From Nitrosococcus oceani ATCC 19707 (lineage in GTDB: Bacteria; Pseudomonadota; Gammaproteobacteria; Nitrosococcales; Nitrosococcaceae), in the NCBI RefSeq assembly GCF_000012805.1, contig NC_007484.1, positions 390,001-422,000 of the forward strand: a stretch of DNA of 32,000 nt, given 5' to 3'. The translations under genes and the position numbers were made by a program. Within the stretch, counting starts at the first letter, position 1, and each line of letters starts with the position of its first letter. The notes beneath the pieces were generated by a model. It was not told where the DNA came from, ran no database searches, and saw only the letters and a list, made by a program, of their open reading frames with translations. This document shows positions 25,873 to 32,000 of this stretch, in pieces.

Positions 25873-25900
25873 TGATGAAAGCTCCTTATAAGAAGCGCTG

Positions 25901-28900
25901 ATGGGACCATATTATATGAGGGAATTACTCGCGTATTTCAAGCAGCTTGTGTTGCCATTCGGTAAGGTGAATAGACCACAATCTTGGAAAAGGCAACATC
26001 TTTGGCAGTTCTGGATTGATCGGGGCGGGACCTTCACCGACATCGTGGCGCGGCGACCGGACGGCCGCTTGTTAACCCATAAGCTCTTATCGGAGAATCC
26101 CGAACACTATTCGGATGCCGCCTTGCAAGGAATCCGGGATCTTCTCGGCGTGGCTAAGGATCAGCCTCTTCCCATCGCGCGGATCCAAGAAGTGCGGATG
26201 GGTACCACTGTAGCGACTAATGCCCTCTTGGAACGCCAGGGGGAGCGCACCTTGCTCCTGATCACGCAAGGATTTAGGGATGCGCTGCGCATCGGCTATC
26301 AGAGCCGGCCAAAGCTTTTTGCCCGCCATATCCTCCTGCCAGAGATGCTCTATGAACGGGTGGAGGAGGTTGAGGAGCGCCTTTCAGCCCAGGGCGAAGT
26401 GCTGACTCCCCTTAACCTGGATAGCGCCCGTCAACCGTTAGAGTCGGCTTACCGGAAGGGTATTCGTTCGGTGGCTATTGTTTTTTTGCATGGCTACCGT
26501 TATCACGAGCATGAGCGGCGGGTGGCGGAACTGGCCCGAAAGATAGGCTATACCCAAATCTCCCTTTCCCAGGAAGCCAGCCCTTCGATGAAACTCGTCG
26601 GCCGGGGCGACACCACAGTGGTCGATGCCTATTTGTCGCCCATCCTCAGGCGCTATGTGGATCATGTGAGCAGCGAGCTGGGCGATACTCGTTTGCTGTT
26701 CATGCAATCCAATGGGGGCCTGGCCGACGCCCGTTTCTTCCAGGGCAAGGATAGCATCCTGTCAGGGCCGGCCGGGGGCATTGTCGGTGCGGTGCGGACC
26801 GCCATCAGCGCCGGGTTTTCCAAGATCATCAGTTTTGACATGGGTGGCACTTCCACCGATGTCGCCCACTACGACGGCGAGTACGAGCGCGTCTTCGAAA
26901 CAGAAGTGGCCGGAGTGCGCATGCGAGCGCCGATGATGCGCATCCATACCGTGGCGGCTGGTGGCGGTTCCATTTGCCAATTCGATGGAGCACGCTTCCG
27001 GGTGGGACCCCAGTCGGCCGGCGCCAATCCGGGGCCAGCTTGCTATCGGCGAGGCGGGCCGTTGACCATCACCGACTGCAATGTCATGGTCGGTAAAATC
27101 CAGCCAGAATACTTCCCCGAGGTTTTCGGACCCAATCAGAATCAGCCTATTGACCGGGACATCGTGCGGCAGAAATTTGAAACCCTGGCTGCTGAAATCA
27201 AGGCGGCTACTGGGAAAATACTCTCGGCGGTTGAGGTGGCCGAGGGATTTTTGAAGATCGAGATTGAGAACATGGCCAATGCCATCAAGCAGATATCCAC
27301 CCAGCGCGGCTACGACGTTACCGAATACGCCCTATGCTGCTTTGGAGCTGCGGGGGGGCAACATGCTTGCCGGGTGGCGGATGCCTTAGGCATAAAGACC
27401 GTATTTATTCATCCGCTGGCGGGTGTGCTTTCAGCCTATGGGATGGGCTTAGCCGAATTACGGGTGATTAAGCAGCAGCCCATCGAAGCTCTCCTTTCTG
27501 CTTCCCTGGTCGCCCACATGGAAGCAGCGTTTCAGGAATTGGAGTCCACGGGCCGCATGGAAATGCGGCAACAAGGCGTTAAGGAGAGCTCTATTCGGGT
27601 GAAAAAAAAGGTCCATCTGCGCTATGAAGGCAGCGATACCGCGCTCATCGTTGGCTTTGGCGATCTTCAGGCGATACGTATGGGTTTCGAGCAAGCCCAT
27701 CAGCAATACTTCGGCTTTATCGCGTCCGAGAAAGACCATATCGTGGAAGCGGTGGCGGTGGAGATCATTGGGGGTGCCCAGGCAGCCGAAGATAAGATCA
27801 GGGGGATGTTCCCCTACTGGGGGAAAGCGAGGCCGGTAGACATTACAGTTATGTTCGCCGATGGCACCAGTTATCCCACCTCGATTTATAAGCGTGAGGA
27901 GCTGGGGGCCGACGCTTATATTTGTGGCCCGGCCATTCTTATCGAGAGCAATGCCACCACGGTCATTGAGCATGGTTGGCAGGCTGAAGCCACCAAAGGT
28001 CATCATCTGATCTTGACGCGGATGGAGCCGCTACCCAAACGTTTCGCCGTGGGTGCCGAGGTGGACCCGGTGATGCTGGAGGTGTTTAATAATTTATTCA
28101 TGGCTATTGCCGAACAGATGGGCGTTACTTTGGCTAATACCGCTTACTCGGTAAATATCAAGGAACGCTTGGATTTCTCCTGCGCGGTGTTCGACAAGGA
28201 CGGTCAGCTAGTAGCCAATGCCCCCCATATTCCGGTGCACCTGGGTTCCATGGGGGAGTCGGTACAAACGGTGATTCGCCGCAATAGGGGTCACATTCGT
28301 CCTGGGGATGTGTATGTCTTGAACGCCCCCTACGACGGTGGCACCCACCTACCGGATGTGACGGTGATCACCCCGGTATTCGATGAGCAAGGTACTGAAA
28401 TTTTGTTCTATGTGGGTTCCCGGGGGCATCAGGCGGATATTGGCGGCATTACCCCCGGCTCCATCCCTCCCGATAGCAAAACCATAGAGGAAGAGGGCGT
28501 GATCATCGACAATTTTAAACTGGTCGATCAGGGTTGCCTTCGGGAAGAAGAATTCATTGAACTGCTGACTTCGAGTCCTTATCCAGTACGTAATTTTAAA
28601 CAAAATCTGGCCGATCTACGTGCCCAAATTGCCGCTAATGAAAAGGGCATCCATGAACTGCGGCAAATGGTGAAACACTTTAGCCTAGAGGTAGTACATG
28701 CCTATATGGGGCATATCCAAAATAATGCCGAGGAGCAGGTCAGGCAGGTTCTAGCCGCCCTTAAATCCGGTGAATTTAGCTACGAAATGGATAATGGGAG
28801 CCGTATCCATGTGATCATCACTATTAATCGGCAGCAGCGTTCCGCTAGGGTGGATTTTACGGGCACTTCGCCGCAGCAAGCGAACAATTTTAACGCCCCG

Positions 28901-29596
28901 GTAGCGATTTGCCAGGCAGCGGTGCTGTATGTTTTCCGCACCCTGGTGGAGGAAGATATCCCCCTCAACGCCGGCGGTCTTAGGCCATTAGAAATTATTA
29001 TCCCTGAAGGTTGTCTACTCAATCCTCGCTATCCGGCCGCAGTCGTTGCTGGCAATGTGGAAACCTCCCAGTGCATCGTTGACGCTTTGTATGGTGCTTT
29101 GGGGGTCATGGCGGCCGCCCAGGGGACCATGAATAACTTCACCTTCGGTAATGAGCGCTATCAGTATTATGAGACTATTTGCGGTGGCAGCGGGGCAGGG
29201 CCAGACTTCGATGGCACTTCCGCAGTGCATACTCATATGACCAATACCCGCCTGACCGATCCGGAAGTATTGGAGTGGCGTTTTCCCGTGCTGGTCGATG
29301 GATTTTATATCCGTGCAGACTCCGGCGGCGGTGGCCGGTATCGGGGCGGTGATGGTGTCGTGCGGCGGATTAAATTCCGTGAGGCCATGACAGCTTCCAT
29401 TCTTTCTAACCGCCGGCAAGTGCCCCCCTTTGGGCTGGCCGAGGGTCAGCCAGGGGCGGTGGGGTGCAATTACGTGCTCCGGGCAAACGGCGCTAGGGAA
29501 GTGCTATCTAGCACGGGGAGTGTTGAAATGCAGCCGGGAGATGTATTTGTTATCGAAACGCCGGGGGGAGGAGGCTATGGGTTCCAAGAGCCATAG
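25901..29596 (+). CDS. Fused hydantoinase A / hydantoinase B protein (ATP-dependent 5-oxoprolinase type)
   Basis: 1231 aa. The N-terminal half carries IDRGGTFTD and [10 protein letters not shown] (HyuA ATP-binding motifs). The C-terminal half begins [20 protein letters not shown] (HyuB-type). The start is uncertain between 25901 and 25967, with in-frame candidates ATG 25901, ATG 25916, GTG 25949 and GTG 25967. Confidence 0.88.
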   Translation: MGPYYMRELLAYFKQLVLPFGKVNRPQSWKRQHLWQFWIDRGGTFTDIVARRPDGRLLTHKLLSENPEHYSDAALQGIRDLLGVAKDQPLPIARIQEVRMGTTVATNALLERQGERTLLLITQGFRDALRIGYQSRPKLFARHILLPEMLYERVEEVEERLSAQGEVLTPLNLDSARQPLESAYRKGIRSVAIVFLHGYRYHEHERRVAELARKIGYTQISLSQEASPSMKLVGRGDTTVVDAYLSPILRRYVDHVSSELGDTRLLFMQSNGGLADARFFQGKDSILSGPAGGIVGAVRTAISAGFSKIISFDMGGTSTDVAHYDGEYERVFETEVAGVRMRAPMMRIHTVAAGGGSICQFDGARFRVGPQSAGANPGPACYRRGGPLTITDCNVMVGKIQPEYFPEVFGPNQNQPIDRDIVRQKFETLAAEIKAATGKILSAVEVAEGFLKIEIENMANAIKQISTQRGYDVTEYALCCFGAAGGQHACRVADALGIKTVFIHPLAGVLSAYGMGLAELRVIKQQPIEALLSASLVAHMEAAFQELESTGRMEMRQQGVKESSIRVKKKVHLRYEGSDTALIVGFGDLQAIRMGFEQAHQQYFGFIASEKDHIVEAVAVEIIGGAQAAEDKIRGMFPYWGKARPVDITVMFADGTSYPTSIYKREELGADAYICGPAILIESNATTVIEHGWQAEATKGHHLILTRMEPLPKRFAVGAEVDPVMLEVFNNLFMAIAEQMGVTLANTAYSVNIKERLDFSCAVFDKDGQLVANAPHIPVHLGSMGESVQTVIRRNRGHIRPGDVYVLNAPYDGGTHLPDVTVITPVFDEQGTEILFYVGSRGHQADIGGITPGSIPPDSKTIEEEGVIIDNFKLVDQGCLREEEFIELLTSSPYPVRNFKQNLADLRAQIAANEKGIHELRQMVKHFSLEVVHAYMGHIQNNAEEQVRQVLAALKSGEFSYEMDNGSRIHVIITINRQQRSARVDFTGTSPQQANNFNAPVAICQAAVLYVFRTLVEEDIPLNAGGLRPLEIIIPEGCLLNPRYPAAVVAGNVETSQCIVDALYGALGVMAAAQGTMNNFTFGNERYQYYETICGGSGAGPDFDGTSAVHTHMTNTRLTDPEVLEWRFPVLVDGFYIRADSGGGGRYRGGDGVVRRIKFREAMTASILSNRRQVPPFGLAEGQPGAVGCNYVLRANGAREVLSSTGSVEMQPGDVFVIETPGGGGYGFQEP

Positions 29597-29627
29597 CAAA
29601 TTTTCTTTGGGAGATCTTAAAATTTGC
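29596..29627. terminator. AT-rich hairpin between convergent genes, a possible bidirectional terminator
   Basis: gcaaatttt (29596-29604) pairs with aaaatttgc (29619-29627) as a perfect 9-bp inverted repeat around a 14-nt loop. It sits exactly in the 33-bp gap between the two convergent stop codons. The stem is weak (7 of 9 pairs are A-T) and there is no separate U-tract. Confidence 0.35.
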
Positions 29628-29629
29628 TC

Positions 29630-31213
29630 CTATTTGACCCTAGGGGCTTTTTCCCCGGTAAGGACTTGTAGCTGCTGGATGACTGTTTCCATGGCCTGAG
29701 TCTGGGAAGTATCGATTGCCAGGGTAATTGCCTGCTCTGCCTTGGTCAGGGGCTCCTGCGTGGCCTGTTGATGTTCCAGAACAGCGAGATCAGCGTCGGA
29801 GGCATCCTGATTTTTATGTTGGCGCTCCCGTATCCGTTGCTGTAGCTGTTGGGGATCGCAATGAAAATCCAGAATGGCAAAGGGTATGTTGAGCTTATTA
29901 GCTAGATCCTGAAATATTTGGCGTTGTTGCTGCTTAAGAAAAGCCGCATCCACAATGAGGGGATATCCTGCTTTCAGGATCGTTTGAGCAAGCTGTTGGA
30001 GGTGCTGATAAGTCTTATGGCTGGACTCTGCGGAATACATTCCGATACCAATCCCCTTATTGAGCCGCTCCCGAGGTTTCAAACCATGGCGGCGCTTGCG
30101 TTCAATATCCGAACGTAAACGAATGGTACCGAAGCGTTCAATGAGGGGCTGGCTCAAGGTGGTTTTGCCGCTACCAGAGAGACCATGGGTAATGAGCAAA
30201 AAAGATCTGGCCGGTTGGATATAATGTAAGGCCAGATTCAGATAATCACGGCAGCGTTCTTTGATAGCCTGGGTTTCTGGGGGCGTTTGTCCTAGGCGGA
30301 TAGCAGTGACTTTGGCTCGGACCAGGGCGCGATAAACCTGGTAGTAAGCAAGCACCGCCAAGCCTGGATAGTCGCCACTGTGCTCCAGATAACTATTCAA
30401 ACAACGGTGGGCTAAATCCGGGCGACCCCGATTCTCCAGATCCATGATCAGGAAGGCGAGCTCGCTCATGACATCGATCCAGCGCAGGTTCTCATTAAAC
30501 TCAATCCCATCAAAGATGATGAATTTACCCTCTCTTAAGGCGATATTCCCCAGATGTAAATCGCCGTGACATTCTCGTACAAAGCCCGCCTTTTTACGAC
30601 CGGTAAATTCTGCTTGCAGTTGCTGCCATTTTTTCTCCGTCCAGTGCCGGAGGCGAGCCAATTTTTTTTGATCCTCCGCTTCTTTAAGGAAGATTTCCAT
30701 CTGTTGAAAGTTTTCCAGGGCTGGCTGTCCTATGGTTTTGGGCGCACCATAGGGGCTGTCCTGGGGAGCGATTGCAACATTTTGATGAAATGCAGCGACT
30801 TTACCAGCTAAGTCTTCCACCTGCTTCGGGGATAAGTCACCCCGCTGCAAACAGTAGTCCAAGCGGGTCTGCTGGGGAAATTGGATCATTTTGACCGCGT
30901 ATTCTATCGGGATACCGGTTCCCCCGAGATGGGGTTGGGCCGTACTACCGGTGATAGGCACTACCTCCAGGTAAATTTCGGGAGCAAGCCGGCGGTTGAT
31001 TCGCAGCTCCTCATCACAATAGTGACGGCGCTTGTCCAGGGTAGAAAAATCAAGAAAACCTAGATCAAGGGGTTTTTTAATTTTGTAGGCATAGGGTCCA
31101 GTAAGCACTACCCAGGAAATGTGGGTCTCAATCATGGTCAGATTTTCCACAGCATGATGGTAAATCCCAGGCTGCTGCAAGTGCTCAATCAGTGTGTCTA
31201 TCTGTCCAGCCAT
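29630..31213 (-). CDS. Two-domain protein: N-terminal APH/choline-kinase-like phosphotransferase fold fused to a C-terminal P-loop kinase (AAA_33/zeta-like)
   Basis: 527 aa. The N-terminal part has ETHISWVVLTGPYAYKIKKP and the kinase catalytic loop CHGDLHLGNIAL followed by IFDGIEF. The C-terminal part has the Walker A motif ITHGLSGSGKTT followed by IRLRSDIERK, a substrate-Asp motif typical of small-molecule or polynucleotide P-loop kinases. Confidence 0.8.
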   Translation of the reverse strand: MAGQIDTLIEHLQQPGIYHHAVENLTMIETHISWVVLTGPYAYKIKKPLDLGFLDFSTLDKRRHYCDEELRINRRLAPEIYLEVVPITGSTAQPHLGGTGIPIEYAVKMIQFPQQTRLDYCLQRGDLSPKQVEDLAGKVAAFHQNVAIAPQDSPYGAPKTIGQPALENFQQMEIFLKEAEDQKKLARLRHWTEKKWQQLQAEFTGRKKAGFVRECHGDLHLGNIALREGKFIIFDGIEFNENLRWIDVMSELAFLIMDLENRGRPDLAHRCLNSYLEHSGDYPGLAVLAYYQVYRALVRAKVTAIRLGQTPPETQAIKERCRDYLNLALHYIQPARSFLLITHGLSGSGKTTLSQPLIERFGTIRLRSDIERKRRHGLKPRERLNKGIGIGMYSAESSHKTYQHLQQLAQTILKAGYPLIVDAAFLKQQQRQIFQDLANKLNIPFAILDFHCDPQQLQQRIRERQHKNQDASDADLAVLEHQQATQEPLTKAEQAITLAIDTSQTQAMETVIQQLQVLTGEKAPRVK

Positions 31214-31261
31214 CGCTTGTTTCCTTGTAGGGTTGCCAAACCAGTCGCTTCCGGGCTGTTT

Positions 31262-32000
31262 TTATGCATCCTCCTGGATAATAGGCGTCCAACCATCACC
31301 CCACACTTGGAAAGCCGCCCAATGGTAGGGCTGCGCGAAAGGCCGTTGGTCAAGTTCCCCTTCGTCTCCAAGCTTATCGGATGCATTTAGAACTGCCTGC
31401 TCCTCCAGCTCCTCACGAATCTGCTTCCAGGTCGCGGTTCGCGTATCCGCTTGCGCTTGTTGCAAGGCCCTATCGGGCGGGTGCGCTTGGCAGAGCAAGT
31501 GGTAATAAAACCGGCTCATTAAAAACGCTGTGGAGAGATCCGCCACACTCCACAGGGACGCCACCACGGTTGGCACCCCCGCTCCCAAAAGGCCGCCCGG
31601 TAGCCCAACGGCTTCCTCGGCCTGCTCCCTGACCTCGGTGATGCCGGTTTGGCAGGCGCTCAGTGTCACCAGCCGCGCCCCGGTGAAATCGACCTTGCCT
31701 TGATAGAGATGCAACAGGGTCAAATGACCCGGCTCGCCTCCCTCAACCGTGGGCTCCCCCTCGGCCGGATGAAGTTCCAGCGCGGATAACAGGGGGCTAC
31801 CCCAGTGATATCGGCCGTGGCATGAAAAGTGATTGAAGGTAGCTCCAGCCAGATTCTCTGCCAGGGCCGGGAGGGTAGCTTCTTTGCCCCGTAGCCGCGT
31901 GGTCCGCTCAGCGCCGGCATAATGGGCAATGCGGGCCACTTCAAGGGACGTGTATGGGAGCTGAGGATCGTTGCGGGGGTTCTCTAAAGCCACCAGCCTC
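31262..32000 (-). CDS. CHAT-domain (caspase-like) protease, C-terminal portion only. The gene continues beyond the right edge.
   Basis: The frame stays open to base 32000. The M in the ORF track is a GTG at 31993, with sense codons upstream of it. The His-Cys dyad context is intact: NHFSCHGRY (His codon 31819-31817) and LVTLSACQTG (Cys codon 31654-31652). A CHAT-type C-terminus follows (VPTVVASLWSVADLSTAFLMSRFYYHL, PYHWAAFQVWGD). Confidence 0.8.
   Translation of the reverse strand, partial: RLVALENPRNDPQLPYTSLEVARIAHYAGAERTTRLRGKEATLPALAENLAGATFNHFSCHGRYHWGSPLLSALELHPAEGEPTVEGGEPGHLTLLHLYQGKVDFTGARLVTLSACQTGITEVREQAEEAVGLPGGLLGAGVPTVVASLWSVADLSTAFLMSRFYYHLLCQAHPPDRALQQAQADTRTATWKQIREELEEQAVLNASDKLGDEGELDQRPFAQPYHWAAFQVWGDGWTPIIQEDA

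Noticed and set aside
27458-28006. 182-aa antisense ORF inside the oxoprolinase gene, and similar long shadow ORFs (6197-6634, 7369-7836, 8349-8807, 9295-9702, 18277-18669, 21662-22075, 22888-23265, 29015-29419)
   Set aside because: All lie opposite or out of frame within genes that have strong family signatures. Their translations are Arg/Pro/Gly/Ser-rich with no motifs, as expected for shadow ORFs at this GC content. Overprinted genes cannot be excluded without Ribo-seq, but nothing supports them.
30662-30669. Homopolymer runs (T8 here, A8 at about 27603-27610, A8 at about 1544-1551) as phase-variation or frameshift sites
   Set aside because: Each lies within an uninterrupted, well-conserved reading frame. 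The runs are short, and nothing suggests alternative frames with coding potential downstream.
1-32000. CRISPR arrays, tRNA/rRNA genes, IS elements, integrases, prophage or obvious horizontally acquired islands
   Set aside because: By eye, I saw no regularly spaced direct repeats, no tRNA-like T-arm (ggttcgaatcc type) motifs in the intergenic regions, and no transposase- or integrase-like ORFs in the six-frame track. Composition looks uniform apart from the AT-rich promoter spacers.

Overview
The window looks like core chromosome of a roughly 50% GC gammaproteobacterium. A Chromatiales or Nitrosococcus-like organism is a guess, based only on gene content and order.

I can support 25 protein-coding genes, two of them cut by the window edges. 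One is an lpoA fragment at the left edge that is missing from the ORF track. The other is a CHAT protease at the right edge.

Two blocks reproduce gene orders I know from Pseudomonas: tonB3-yqgE-ruvX-pyrR-pyrB-pyrC' (12376 down to 7586, minus strand) and glyQ-glyS-gmhB-plsC (18397-22813, plus strand). The rest is lpoA/rsmI, a ClC channel, a DUF533/TerB-like protein, tamA-tamB, a FimX-like degenerate c-di-GMP protein, htpX and a fused hydantoinase A/B (5-oxoprolinase type).

Reading by eye, I found no rRNA, tRNA, CRISPR array, IS element, transposase, integrase or phage gene. I also found no obvious long repeat.

Thirteen consecutive minus-strand genes (12376 down to 3830) have very short gaps and five stop/start overlaps. 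They end at a plausible intrinsic terminator.

I do not see compelling evidence for a complete, clearly novel system. The loci most worth a second look are:
- a translationally coupled MoeB-type E1 plus stand-alone JAMM/MPN peptidase with no ubiquitin-like carrier gene nearby
- an orphan PyrK-like flavoprotein coupled by an ATGA overlap to the pseudo-dihydroorotase pyrC'
- a CHAT protease followed 48 bp later by a fused APH-like kinase and P-loop kinase, at the truncated right edge
- an uncharacterised, Cys-free exported protein

All family calls come from motif recognition by eye. No database search was run.
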